A stretch of DNA of 63,638 nt, filler included, from Reticulomyxa filosa (lineage: Eukaryota; Protista; Foraminifera): NCBI GenBank assembly GCA_000512085.1. It is 19 parts of 19 records of this genome, joined end to end, with 100 filler letters (N's around TTAATTAATTAA, not from the genome) between each part and the next. Parts side by side here need not be neighbours in the genome. Positions count along the whole stretch, not along the records: positions 29,295 to 39,632 come from ASPP01020486.1; positions 39,733 to 41,675 come from ASPP01018131.1; positions 41,776 to 46,667 come from ASPP01005624.1; positions 46,768 to 50,007 come from ASPP01002750.1; positions 50,108 to 51,150 come from ASPP01024855.1; positions 51,251 to 52,762 come from ASPP01038472.1; 13 more parts are not named here. One strand, written 5' to 3'. A model generated the notes under the pieces. The model made no database searches. It had not been told where the DNA came from and was given only the letters and a program-made list of their open reading frames with translations. The position numbers and the translations under genes were made by a program. Positions 37,746-51,859 of the stretch are shown in pieces (the first letter of the stretch is position 1; every line of letters begins with the position of its first letter).

Positions 37746-38646
37746 TATATATTTATGGTTATTTATGAAAAAGGGTCTCTTTTACAGAACTTTTCTTTTT
37801 TTAAAAAAACACTTAGACCCGGTTTATCCAATTTAATAGACACTGTAGTGCGAGGCACTATCTCTTGGAAGTAACCTTTCAATGGGATTTGAAACCCTCT
37901 TAACTTTCCACATACACCAACTTATCCGCATTACATATTAATTTTATTAATTGAGTAAATTGTGATATGCATGTGTATGTTAAAGTGTAAAAATTTCATA
38001 AAATATGCTGTCTTTCGATTATTAAATCAAATATTTAATGAAAAATAGAAACTATGCGTTCTTATGATCGTTTCAACTTTCAAATCTAATACGGACATTG
38101 AAATGTTTACAAAACGGACAGTTGCTTCAATTATTTGTGGTCGAAAAGTAGCCAAATCTTGCTTGCAAAAAAAGGATAATAGTACTATCTATTATTCCAC
38201 TCAAAAGTTTCCGCTACCTCTCCCTTCCCGCTTATTGAATGCAATCGGCATTTTCTTGTTTTCTTTAATAATTAAAAAATTGTTTGTTATTTAAATAATG
38301 TTTATATTTTTTCTTTTGAAATACACTTTAGTACTCTCATATTTTTTAGCACGCTTTTTAGCTATTTTGACAATAAGATATGTTTTTTAGCTTTTGGATT
38401 GTATCATTCGGTTCAATTGCGACCGAAATCAGACAAGAAGAATTATATCAATAAAACAAAAGGGCTAGGCGTTTTCTAGGTGACTTGATCTGTCATTTCG
38501 ACAAAAATAAAAGCAGCCGATCAATAAAAAAAAGAGAAAAGCAAAGCAGTTTACGCGTCTTAAAAAAAGAGAAAAAAAATGAATACAAAATCAAGCAACG
38601 CTTTTCGTTTTTTTTTGTGCGCAGGCGGGAGAAAAAAAAAAAAGTA

Positions 38647-39632
38647 ATGAGCAACCGGATCAAAGTAACGAACTTGCCCTACAGCTTCACTGAAAAAGAC
38701 GCGTTGAGCCTATTCGGGGGTAAGTCCTCAATTAACGACATTGAAATCGAGCACGACAAAACGAAGCAGCAGTCAACCGCGCTGATTGAATTTGGAACTG
38801 TGAGAAGTGCTCAACTCGCTGCAATCAGTTTATTTTTTTTTTTTTTTTTTTTATTGTATTATTAATTATGTATCATTTTCTTTTTCATAAAAAAAAAAAA
38901 ATATATATATATGTATATTTAGCAAAAGATCAAACAATATATGATGATTCAACAATTCGAGTGTATGTAATTTGGTGTGGAAAAGAAACGTTGGCAACGA
39001 TAAAAATTTCCAATGTGTCATCGTATGTTTTTTTTTTTTTTAATACATATACATATATATATTTATATATTTATATACATATATATATGTATATGTAATT
39101 TATATGACAATGAAGGAATTTAACGAAAGATGAGTTGTATGATTACTTTATTCCATACGGGGAAATTGTGAATGTAACATTGGGCGAACTCCCGAGTGGA
39201 CATGCCAACGAGAGCGAAAGGGACACGGAAATGGTGGCTTGGATTTCCTTTGCGGAAATTGCCAACGCGCTGCGTGCCCAAGAGATGGACCGCTCCATTA
39301 TCCATGGCGCCAAAGATGACAGTGGCATTCGTGTTCAGTTGGTTAACACCGACTCGCGAGTTGCGATCAAGCCATTCTTTTTTTTTTTTTTTTTTTTGTC
39401 TTGGATAACAAATGCACAAGGGAGGGACCTCTCCACTCATATATATACAAAACAAAGAATTTAAAATGGAAACGTAGTCCCTTCAAGTACGTGCGTCATC
39501 CTTTGCCATACACAACACACGAAGCGTTCAAACAAAGTTGGGAATACCATCCAATACAACAATCCAAGTCTGAACCAATGCCAGAGATCGTTTTTGTCTC
39601 TATTCAATATATTATATATATATATATATATA
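38647..39632 (+). CDS. RRM-domain RNA-binding protein, 3'-partial, multi-exon
   Basis: RIKVTNLPYSFTEKD...ALIEF and IKISNVS...LYDYFIPYGEIVNV...AWISF form two RRMs. Confidence 0.7.
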
Positions 39633-39873
39633 NNNNNNNNNNNNNNNNNNNNNNNNNNNNNNNNNNNNNNNNNNNNTTAATTAATTAANNNNNNNNNNNN
39701 NNNNNNNNNNNNNNNNNNNNNNNNNNNNNNNNTTTTTTTTTTTTTTTTCGGAATAGGGACGCTCCCTGCAAAATTTTTTAACGATATTGTGAAACATTAG
39801 ATATTACAGAAAATTCTGAAGAAATTTCTGGGATGTCAGAATTTATTTTCACAGTGATAAAAGCAGAACATCA

Positions 39874-41665
39874 TTGGACAACAAGAAATCTAAGAATTCT
39901 TCGTTGAATGAGTTGCCAAATCCAAACAATGGCAGATGTTCGTCATCCTATCCAAAAGATGAACATAGTGAAATGGCAGAATCGGCAAGCAAGAAAATGC
40001 GATTGATTCAGGCCACAACTGTTGTGCAATTACAGATCCAACAAGAAAGCAAAAGGAAAAAGGATGAATTGAATGACGACAACATCTGGAAGCAGAGCAT
40101 CAATGTGTTGTGTACAATCCACAGTACGCAACTGAACAAAAGAAAGAAGAAAACGGTAAGTGGAAGACCCAGAGATCAACCGATTTGTGCTTTTGAAAAA
40201 CATCTCTCCAAGTGAAAGTGAAGAAGAGATCGCAGAAGCACTGAAAGACATGGGATACAGCTTGAAAAAAGTGGAAAGATTCAAAGGTCTCCCGATGGCG
40301 AAATCATTACTTGGAACATCGAATGATGTGAAAAAAGCATTGCAAGACAAAGAAATAAGAATTGGATACAGATTGGTAGCTGTTCGATAAATACCGAAAC
40401 AGACCAAGATCACATTTCATCCAGTGTTTTGGTTTGAATCATTTCATCACAGAAAGAAACCAAGCAAACAAAAATGCGTCTTGTGTCATGGAAAACATGC
40501 TAGTAATTCTGTTATGTGTCCAGCCATTCGAAAAGTTCGAGAAAAGATTGGAATTCACTTCTCAAGAAGAGAGAAAGTGGTTATTTTGAAGAAAGAGAAG
40601 AAAAACAAAGAAAAACATCAAAGATCGAGATCGACAAGTCCAAGAAACCGATCAAGACGAAGTTTCAAAACTTCGAGCTCAGTTGCAAGAAACTGTCAAA
40701 CATTTGTCGGCGATTGTTCAAGCATTGTCGCCACTCCTTCATCAGCAAGAATACGAACAACAACAAGAAGAATAAGAACAAACCAGCGATGTTGATTATG
40801 AAGAATGAACGATCTCGTAATTCTTCAAAACAACATCAACGGCTTCTACTCGAAAGCCCAACTGCTGGAGCAGAATCTCCAACCACACATTTGTCTCCTT
40901 CAGGAATGTTTCAGGTCGGAGAACAAAGAAATCAAAGATCAACGGTTCCAGAATTGGTACAATCAATTCTGGAGCGAAACAGTTAGAACAGGTATGTCGT
41001 CGAGATTTGCATGCCAAACAACATTCCTTCAACAATCAGTAAGACAAGTTCCAGATCGCATGGTGGTGTTGGAATGCTCATCACTCAGCATGGTTAGATG
41101 AAAACATAGATGAAGTTGGTGAACGTGTTTCGGATTTCATCATTAACAATAATTTGAATATTCTGAATTCCAATCACACATTTGAGAAGAAGGATGGGAA
41201 GATTGTCATTGTCATCCATTGACATCACACTGTGTTCGTTATCACTATTCCATCTCTGCAGCAATTGGAGAACAGACAATGATGAATTGAATGTGCATTC
41301 CGATCACTTGCCAATCACATTCAACATTCGAGCAAGTTGGACATCTCCACAGATCAAGAAACAAAAATTGGGAATTGTATCGTCAAGTAGAATGGAAAGA
41401 TACATTGCCACAGTGGTTTCCAGATGATCCACAGTTGTTGGATTATGCAGTGGAATCATGGACAAAGTGTGTTGTGGACGCAGGAAAAAGAATAATTGGA
41501 ATGAAGACAGTGTGGAAAGGAAACAAGCCTTGGTGGAGTGATTCTCTCCACATAAAGAGAAAAGAAGTCCATCGATTGAAGAGAGAATTTCGAAGAAATA
41601 GAAGTAGACATACGTACAAGACATACAAATAAGCTGCAAATGAACTAAAACGGAGATTACGACAT
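39874..41665 (+). mobile_element. decayed non-LTR retrotransposon (LINE): gag-like ORF1 plus APE endonuclease, 3'-partial
   Basis: ORF1 fragments FVLLKNISPSESEEEIAEAL and CVLCHGKHASNSVMCP (zinc knuckle). ORF2 fragments LQNNING, ICLLQE, IDITL, SDHLPI and KPWW. Multiple stops and frameshifts, no introns. Confidence 0.85.
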
Positions 41666-41883
41666 TTTTTTTTTTNNNNNNNNNNNNNNNNNNNNNNNNN
41701 NNNNNNNNNNNNNNNNNNNTTAATTAATTAANNNNNNNNNNNNNNNNNNNNNNNNNNNNNNNNNNNNNNNNNNNNTTTTTTTTTTTTTTTTTTTTTTTTT
41801 AAATAAATAAAAAAAAAAAGGGGGAGGGGGGGAAGTGGGGAGGTGTATATGTATATGCACATACCATATATAATGATTGGTTA

Positions 41884-43026
41884 GAGTCGGTGCAGTAACG
41901 ACCACCTCGATAAACAAATACTATCCCTATCTGTATAACCCGACCAGCGACAAATTTGCAATTAAAGATATCGGTGCCTTTGAATCGAACTTGGAGCAGT
42001 ACACCAGACCATTGAGCAGCTACGTATACCCACTTGTAGTTGCTGGCCTATTGGGACTGGCTGTTCAAAAAAAAAGTGCAAGTGGGGAAACCCTTGCAGG
42101 CATTGCCTCTGGCTTTGCGTCGGGAGGTACATTTGCATTCGGCTTGGGAGTGTCTGGAATGTGTGAGCCCGACAAAGTGAGAGCCTTCTTAGATGCGAGG
42201 TCTGCTTTCGTCGATAATGAATTTACACTTGGAGTGACCAGTGTCCACAAAAACCTGAACAAACAAGGGTGGGACCCCACTCTGGCCATCGTTGCCGGCA
42301 CTGGCATGTGCGTCGCTCTTCTCACTTTCCCACTCTCATTCTCTCGCTTGCGTCGAGGTGCGTTGCCGTTGTTCGCTTCCAAATGGAATGTTCCTACGCT
42401 CACCACTATTGATAAAAAATTACTTATTGGCTCTTCCATTTTTGGAATGTTTCGAAATTTGTATTGTATTGTATTGTATTATATTATATTATATTATATT
42501 ATATTATATAATATTATGTTGTGTATAATTATTACATCCTCCATTGCTTGTTTTATACTTATACCTAAATGTTGTGTGACTTTGTACAAAATCGGATCAT
42601 TCGTATCTCTTTCTCGACGATTGACAAGTGGGTGGGGCTTGACGTTGAGTATATATGTATATATGTATATATATATGTATATATCCAATTCATTTGAATA
42701 TATTTGCTTTGACAACAAAAAAAGTTTTGGGTGAGTCACACAAAGCTTTCATCTTACACACCTAATAAAAACACATATCATAAATCTCACTGCGCAACTT
42801 ATTTGATACTCAAGTGGCATGTGCCCAGGTATTTTTATTTTTATCTTTATTATATGTTGTCTTGAAATATTTGCTTCTTCAATATTCTATTGACACAATC
42901 TCAAACAACACAGGACCTGGCTTGGTAGTTTTGCAAAGCCCAGATCACTCTGCTTTTGTGCATCTCTGGCTTGCTGGAATGATCACTGGAATGACAGCTT
43001 CACCGTATCTTGCTGTCTTGCTTTAA
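41884..43026 (+). CDS. YeeE/YedE sulfur (thiosulfate) transporter family protein, 5'-partial, with two micro-exons
   Basis: FAFGLGVSGMCEPDKVRAFLD, WDPTL and IDKKLLIGSSIFG. Splicing restores FGIGWGLTGMCPGP. Confidence 0.88.
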
Positions 43027-43572
43027 AAAAAATTTATGCCAATCTTTGTCCAACATTTCATTTGCAAATGTATTACGTGCTGAAACATTTGCAGCATCAA
43101 CTTAACATTAACTTGAATTTGATTGATTTCTTGCCATCTTTCAATGCATTCCGATTTTTAAAGTTGTGATAAAAGTAAGGTTGTTTTGATTATATACGTT
43201 CTCAACGTGCTTTTGAAAGTAAAATGTTCCAAAACACTCGTACCTTAAGAACTTGACTAGTCTACAAAGGAAAATCCATTTTTTTTTTTTAAGGTGGGCG
43301 AAAATGTGGAATTGTACAGACTTTTCTGGAGCATAAAAAAAAAATCAAGCTTTTCTATCTTTTCAAAAATTTGTAAAAAAACTATAAAAATATTAAAATA
43401 TTTGAAATTGACAAAAAAATTGTACGATGAAGTTATTTTAAAAAAGATGATTGAATTTATGTTAAAAAGCAAGTAAATTAATAGTGTTCTTAAGAAATGA
43501 CACTTGGAAGTCCAAAAAAGGATATCCTTTATATAAACTTCCTTGGACAAAATCTGGTGCGATATAATAAAA

Positions 43573-45433
43573 ATGCAAACATCAAATCAGAATGTGGGAC
43601 AAAAGCTGAGCACCATGCCTTTGCTCAAGGGTAATTTGGGCCCACGACAAATGTATATTGGTCATTTCCAGGGCAGTCAAACGCCAGACTTTCGCAAATC
43701 GAGAATGTTGGCATTGCGTGAGGAGTCATTGAAGACACAGTTGGAGAGGATCGAGAACAATCCAGACTTGAAAAAGACAGTGAAAGAGGAGATGATAAAG
43801 CAGCTAAAATTTAGTGAGAACGAGAAGCGGTTGGATTCCCGAGACTTTTGGTTTCAGTTTACAGAAATGGACAATGATGACGAAGTGAAAAAAGACATCA
43901 AAGAAAAAGATAATAAAGATAGAGATAAAGACAAAGACAAAGATAAGGATAACAATAATAACACGAGCACAACTAACAATGGTACAAATGACAACAACAC
44001 AACCGCGAATAATAAACGCGCAAAAAGCAAAGGCGGCAATGCGAACCGAATATTTTTGGGTAAGCCGACGGTAGGGAGAGATACGCACAATTACGTATAC
44101 TGTGTGATCGAAGTTCAGGAAGACTACGACGAAGCTACGCAAAGTAATAGCAGAACAGCGCACGTGTACCCTGCGGACATGATCGAGTTTGGACTGGAGT
44201 CGTTGATGGTCAGTAGCGAAGACATGACAAGTGAAAAGTTGGAAAAAGAGTATCGACGACGAATGCGCAAGTTTCAAACAAACCTGCAAACGGGCGAGTT
44301 TAAGACCTTGTCTCGACTCTTTGGACATGATAAGCTAGCCGATGACGACGTGACCACAAGTAAGCGCGTCGCCAGCAACAATGCCAATAGTGAAGGTCCC
44401 CTCACTGACTTGGAGCAAATTGTTATCAAAGAGTTGGAAGTTGGAAGTATATCGACTTCCAATATTACTGGTATTTTTTTTTTGGAAAAAAAAAATGACC
44501 CATTAAAAAAAAAAAAAATGATCATTCAAAAAAAAAAAAAAAAAAAGGGATTGACGAACAGAAAGACGATCACTTGAAAGCGAAATTCAAAAAATACAAA
44601 ACTCGAGGGAACTTGGAAGAGCTGCCTGATTTCAATGAGGTAATGTCAGACGATGAAGACGAAACCAATCTGGGGGATGTTGATTTGGTAGACGACCATG
44701 AAAAAGATGAATGGACGAACGAAGATGCCGAGGACTCAAGTTCAGAGGAAGACGAACAGTATAAAAAATTAAAAAATTACAACATGAAGATGTTGAAAAT
44801 AAAGAATTTGAAGTTGCTTCATTTTGTTTGTTTGTTTTTTTTCTTGAATTTGCATTTGATCACATTGACAAAAATTCAGTTTATTTTTTTTTTTTTTGGG
44901 GGGGGCGGGGGGGAACATAATTATGTGAAAAGGTCCCAGTGAAAAAGGACGGGGAAAATGGAAATGACGCCGATGATGCCAATAATGAAAAAAAAGATGA
45001 TGAAGCTTTGTGGAGCATTTCGGACGATGAAGAAGAAGACAAAGAGGCTGCAAATAAACCACTTGTAGGGCCGGGAAAACGTAAAAAAAGAGACGATGAA
45101 GAAGGGGAAGACACTGCACAGGGCGGAACTGAGGATGATAAAAATAAAGCCTCGAAACGAAGACGATTGAACGACGGATCGGTGTTGTCTGGAACTGCTT
45201 TGATACCTCCGAAAGAAGACTCCAAACTACAAAATCTGAGAGAGGACGTCTTGTCCATTTTGAAAAAATATGCCAAATCTGGAATTGATACCCACGATTT
45301 GTGGGAAAAACTGAGGGCAATACACTCCACAGAAAAAGGAAAGTTCAAAGAGGAGTTGGCCAAAATTTTGAAAGAAGTTGGCACCAGAAAACCTAATTGC
45401 CAATTATGGTTTTTAAAAAAACAATATCAATGA
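43573..45433 (+). CDS. probable TFIIF large subunit (RAP74/Tfg1-like), three exons
   Basis: IFLG...NYVY...HVYPA...MTSEKLEKEYRRR, acidic DFNEVMSDDED, and a C-terminal winged-helix-like segment EDVLSIL...ELAKILKEV...WFLK. Confidence 0.6.
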
Positions 45434-46542
45434 GTTCATTAAAAATACTTCTATTTATCATTAACAACTTGCCATCAATTCTTCATCTTCTTTTTTTTGA
45501 CAACAAAATAACCTGCCTCTTTTTCCAGAATGTTTATGATTTGACTCCTATAAAAAAAATATATCATTTATTCATTTTTTAGTTTTAGTGTTGTCCTTGC
45601 AATCGAATCAAGATAGAACAAATTGCAATTTCTTAAAGCTTTTTTTCACCAAATCGTTCATTAGAATCATGAATATTATAAACATTTCCATTTGATAAAT
45701 TTTTTATCATTGAATTGTCAACATTTTATAATATAAGTAAATTCATTTCTTGTGGTGAGTGCTGACTGTCACTTTAACTGGCACAAAGTGTAATACGAAA
45801 AAAGTTTGCTCTTGATATACCTTTCAATAAAAAAAGTAAATTAAATCAAAAAGAACAACAGCATAGTTTATATTCTTTGTTATTGTGTTCACATGTAGCG
45901 TTCATGAACTATTTTTTCGAATTAGTTCTGTACTTTTTATTTTGAGATTTACTGAACAGGTAAGATGAATAACAATATATTGCCCAACAAATTTCTGAAC
46001 AACTTTGCTTTGTTTCTGACACTTTGATCTCCTATGAGTAATAATACATATTCTACATTTTAGTCTTTGGTAGCAATTTTAGTATATCTTTCTACATTTA
46101 CATATAATATTGTAGTTACTCAAAATATTGACTATCTAGTGCCAAATCTGAACGCGCGTTCAAACTTTTCATGTTCTAATTTAATGAATGCATTAACTTA
46201 CATAATACTATTCTGGACAAAATAAAGTAATAATTGAACCTAAAAAATTATTTAGTTTATCTTGTGGAGTCATAAGTCAACTGCATGTGCGACATTGAAG
46301 TATAGAATTATTTGTTAGTATCTTACTAAATCTGTTTACTATTATACATATATATGCGAATATATCGTTATTGTTTTATTTTCTAAATTTCTTTTGTTTT
46401 TAACTAAATTTCTATTGTATTTATTTACTTTTTTTTCCAAGCTTAACATTTGTAAAAAATAACTGTCTACTAAAATGCCAATAACTAATTTATTGTCTTA
46501 ACTAAATATTTTTAATTTATTATATGTAGTGTTATATAGTAA

Positions 46543-46667
46543 TGTAGGGCAAGTCCCTATTATACAATCTCAAATACTATTGGAACGGTGGGACCCCCGG
46601 TGGGTTAAAACCCTCTTCAAAACACTCACTTTTGTGTTTTCTTTACTTGTTTTCCTTTCTTGTGTTG
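46543..46667 (+). repeat. interspersed repeat, copy 2 (cut by contig end)
   Basis: Near-identical to 6384-6508. Confidence 0.85.
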
Positions 46668-48888
46668 NNNNNNNNNNNNNNNNNNNNNNNNNNNNNNNNN
46701 NNNNNNNNNNNTTAATTAATTAANNNNNNNNNNNNNNNNNNNNNNNNNNNNNNNNNNNNNNNNNNNNAAAAAAAAAAAAATCAATAACCATTAAATGCCG
46801 GATCGATCCCACAGAATCTCGAAAATAACACCATGCCAATCTATTTACGAAAAACACAAGTATTTAAGAAAGATGAAATACCAATATTAATTAAATAGAA
46901 TTAACTATAATGTGCGGTGTAATGTCGTGTAACGGCCGTCGTCAGCCCGAGAATATAGGCGCAAATGTCGTCGTAATGTCTCCTTCGTCCCTATGTTAAC
47001 ACGGACACAGCCGGTAACATCAAGGAGGGAGACTGCATATCATGTCCATCCACAGATGGACATCGCCACATCAGTCCTGCAAGTAACAGTATTGTCGGTG
47101 GTGCAATAGATGCAAACCTCTAATGTGGCCTTGGTTTGCCAGCAGAGCACCGACGCGCCTCTTGCACGCACTTTGTCGCGAATAAATCGCGATCAAGTAA
47201 GCGCTGTAGTGCGCTGACGGCTGACTTGGCTCCAAACAGCATCAATACTGGAATATGGAACACAGGAACCAATCGACCACAGCCACCACAAGATACATCC
47301 ACAACCGAAATAATACAGGAATCCATAACCAACATACGCTCGAACTCGAAACCACTCTTTCAACCGCAAGCTCATCTTCGACTCCTTTTTTTTTTAATGT
47401 GGTTTTTCTCAGCTCCAGATTTTAGGTTTTCAACAAACAAAAAAAAAAAAGAAAAAACTTGCTTATTCAACTGTTTTGATACGAAATTGACGAGGAACTA
47501 ACGATATTTCATCACTGCCGCTGACTGGACACGAACTTTGCTTTGAAACTGTAGAAAAAAAAGGGACCAACAGCACACTTAAATTTTTTATTGCGAAAAG
47601 ACAAAATTGTAACTGCTATTGAATGTACAAATGAATTTGAATTCACTGTAAACAGTACTTTTTTGAAAAAAATTACTTTAAACAAAGTAATGTAAGGATA
47701 TTATTGCAATCTATTCATATGGAATTATTTTACAAATATGGATTTGATGATAATTTCATTGCAAGCGTTTGGCACATTTAATTACTCAAAGTGGTAGTGT
47801 AAGATTATTAGAAAAGATTCTAATCAGACATTTGATGTTGGAAATTGCAAATACATCACAGATTTCATAACATTAAATTTGTATGTTCAAGCTTTATTTT
47901 ACGAACACACTAGATCATGGAAACCAGATAACGAATATATCATTGAAAGTGGCACACAATTTGTATATAAATACTTATGCAAATTCAGTCCAGAAAAAAG
48001 TAGAATAAAATGAAAAGCTATTGCATCATAAAGACACAAATCTTTTCAAGCTCTTCTCATGTTTTGGCTTAAAATAATATATCGAATGCAAATCAATAAT
48101 CTTTCAATTTATTATCAAAAGAGAATAATTTGGAATTTTAATATTTGCTAAAATAGTCGTTTTGTTTTACATAAGGTCAAGGTATCGTAAGATACAGAAA
48201 CCTAGGTTTAAGAACTGTACTTGTGACAATAGACTACATGAACAAAACTAGAGTTGGTAATCATATTTTACTTTTTGGAAAACTGTATTTTTAGTTTCGT
48301 GTTATATGCAAAGATATCAAAATAAATATTTGTGTACACGTGCAAATAAAGTATATAAGGAATATATTTTAACAAATAGTCAAATTTCAATGTTTCAGAG
48401 GTATTTTTAAAATTCAATGTAATTACAAATTTTTGTGAATAGTGTTTACTATACTTAATTTTTTTGAATTTTATAAGTCACTGATACTGTGTTTACAATG
48501 TATAATGCGTGTGAATTGCATTTAATCATGAATTGGATTTCGTTTCGTGTTACTGTGGTACTCGTTTAGAATTTGTCATTATTTTTTCAATAAAAAACAA
48601 TTAATATTCGTCTTAAATAAAACTCACAAATACCTATTTTTTCAACAATGTGTTTCAATAATCTTCAAAAGATAAGTATTTTTTCTTTGTCGATCAGATG
48701 GAATCGAAAAAACTAAAAATTCATATAACCTAATCTTATAAATATTATTTATCTTAAGAATGTGTTTATCAGCTCCTTCGAGCGATAGTAATAAAACACA
48801 GGGCAAAGTAGTGCTGACGTGTTGTTAAATATCCCTGTTTTTCAAAAAATAAGTTTTTGCATCGTTTTATTCTCCAAATACTGTAGCA

Positions 48889-49890
48889 ATGGCCCGTTTT
48901 TATGCAGACATTTCAAAGCGCTATGACAGTTGATTGTCTTTTTTATTAAAAAATGCTTCCTCCATTCTTTCTGCTTATGACCAAAAAGAGCACAAAAATT
49001 TCCGGAATATTCTTTGCAGCTTGAAGACAGACACAATGTGTGATTTTGCCAACAGAACTTTTTGATAAAGACACATATCATTTAAATCGCGCTGTGAATG
49101 TGAACGTCACTGGCGACAAAGTGGTATGTAGTGAACATCTAATCAATAAATTAGTGTTATTCTTATTTTACTTAATAAAAATTTGTCGATCCCTTTCAAA
49201 CTTCAATTTTTTGGGGGGGGGGATGGGGGGATACATATGGAAAACGAGATAGAATTGGACACTAGAAGCGAAGGCAGACGCCAACAACAAAGTTGATTCC
49301 AAATTGACTGTGAAGCATGAATTATTCGAACGAGAAAACTTTCAACTGGAAACAAGCGTGACCAAAAATCCCAAATTCATACTTACGTCAACACGTCTGC
49401 CTTTTGCAAAAACCAAATTTAGGTTATTATGTGTTGCCACGTATTTTTTTTTAATTTTTATTTATTTTTTTATTTTGTCCGGAGGTGTGTTGTTTTCTCC
49501 TTTCACAGAAGAAGGGGGGGGAAAAAGAAGAAAAGTTCTTCTCCTTTTTTTTATGTTTTTTTTTTTAGTGGATATTTTTTTTTTTTTTTTGGTAAGGAAA
49601 AGGAAACTTGAATGTATTTGAATGTTATATAGCGTGTCCGAGCCAAAAGCTGAAGTTGAATTTTCGAATCAACTGGACAAAGTTGCTTGGAGTGTAAAAG
49701 TAGGAAGTAACTGGAAAAGTGCAGCAATGGAAGCCGATTCAAGTGTTGCATACAAAGTAGTAGACAATGTTACACTCGGTGCTAAGTTTTCTGTGGAAAA
49801 AGAAGCTCTGAAAACCGCATTCGGCATAAAAGATTACAATTTCAAATTTGAATGGCAAAGAAACTCGGACCAAACTTTGGTCATTGACAC
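48889..49890 (+). CDS. mitochondrial porin (VDAC-like), 3'-partial, multi-exon
   Basis: Spliced N-terminus MARFYADISKRYDKLFDKDTY resembles the VDAC N-terminal helix and is followed by amphipathic beta-strands (VTLGAKF, IKDYNF). Confidence 0.65.
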
Positions 49891-49974
49891 GTTACGTTTG
49901 AAAATCAATCATTTAAAAAAAAATTCAAATTTTTGGGGGATACGCATACTTCTCTACTTTTTTCCCCTCCCCCC

Positions 49975-50006
<32 letters not shown>

Positions 50007-50107
50007 TNNNNNNNNNNNNNNNNNNNNNNNNNNNNNNNNNNNNNNNNNNNNTTAATTAATTAANNNNNNNNNNNNNNNNNNNNNNNNNNNNNNNNNNNNN
50101 NNNNNNN

Positions 50108-51150
50108 ATCATCACCAAAATCTTCATCACCAAAAGAAAAATCAAAATTAATATTAAATGATACATCAGAACTATTAAGTAAATTATGTATTGGTTCTGT
50201 ACAACAAAAATTAGAACTTCAATCAAATGTAAATGAAGAATTAAAATTATTAGACGACGCTACAACATTATTAGGAAAATTAGATATCACAAATGAATTG
50301 TCAAAACAATCATTAGGTGATACAGAAGAATTTTTTGGTAAACTAGATATAGATTCAAGAAAGGATCGATTAACATTATCGTCAAATGATGAAAAGATTT
50401 TATCTACACAATATGTAGAAAATATTGAATTATCACATGATATTGGAAAAACTGAATTACATTCAGATGTTGGAAGTACTGAATTATTAATAGGATTGGA
50501 AAAGACTTCATCTCCTCAAGCTTTGATAAATACTGAATTATTAGCAGTTGAAAAGTCTATATCCCCTCCAGCTGTGATAAAGACTCCTTCACCGCCACTA
50601 TCTGTTAGAAAGACTTCGTCACCACAAGCTGCTGAAAAGACTTCATCACCGACAGCTGTGATAAATACTGAACCACAACAAGATGTGAAAAAGACTTCAT
50701 CTCCGCCAGCTTTGATAAAGACTTCTTCACCGACACTATCTATTAGAAAGACTTCGTCACCACCAGCTGCTGAAAAGACTGCATCTCCGCCAGCTGTGAT
50801 AAATATTGAATCACCACAAGATCTGAAAAAGACTACATCACCTCAAGCTGCAATAAAGACTTCTTCACCACAATCTGTTAGAAAAATTTCATCACCACCA
50901 GTTGCGGAAAAGGTCGAATCACCAAAATATGTAGGAAAGACCGAATTTACACAAATTTCAACAAATATTTCATCACCACCAGCTGTTGGAAACATTATTC
51001 CATTTCAATCAGATTTGAAAAAATCTTTATCACCACCAGCTGTTAGAAATGTTTCATCTCCATTATATATTAGAAAATCTACATCGCCACCAACTGTGAG
51101 AAAATCCGAATCCCCACCATATGCGAGAAATGATTTATCACCTCAATATT
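50108..51150 (+). CDS. Ser/Pro-rich repetitive protein fragment (KTSSP repeats)
   Basis: The frame is open across the whole contig. 9-10-aa units are nested in a 46-aa (138-bp) period. Confidence 0.7.
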
Positions 51151-51859
51151 NNNNNNNNNNNNNNNNNNNNNNNNNNNNNNNNNNNNNNNNNNNNTTAATT
51201 AATTAANNNNNNNNNNNNNNNNNNNNNNNNNNNNNNNNNNNNNNNNNNNNTATAGTTAACTCGTTAGTGGAGCAACTAACACGATGAATCCAAAGAAGAT
51301 TGATAATATAGTGATACAAATCATAGCAGGCAATTGATCTTTAATAAAACTAGCAACGTACAACAGAGCGGCAATGCTAACAGTTTGAACTAGTAGAATG
51401 CCGACATAATAACAACAAGTTGACTTCTGGCATTTAGAGATCATTGAGTTTAAGTAAATCTTAGCTTGTCTTTTTTTTCTTGCATGTTCATCTAATGTAA
51501 AAAGATATATTTAGTTTTTTTTTTCTAAATGGTAATGAAAGATGTTTTAAAAAATATTTTAAATGGATTTTAACAATATATTTAATTTTTTTTAGAAAGA
51601 GCATATATGAAATGAAAGATCTAATAGCTGAAGACTTTTTCGTCAATTGTATATTTGTAGATTTAAATACTAAAGTTGTATGATGACTGATGAAAGTATT
51701 TAAAAAAAAAAATATCAAGAAATAAATTGTGTTTTACCTTCTGATGAAGAAAGCCTAACATGCTCAAAAAGTGTTGCTATACAACAGTTTTCATCAATTC
51801 TCAAAATTTGAAAAAAGATCAATTTATGTATTTTTTTTTGACGAAATCACTAGGGAGAA

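Noticed and set aside
46780-47400. Relatively GC-rich patch with short ORFs
   Set aside because: Probably a gene remnant, but there is no consistent frame or recognisable family.
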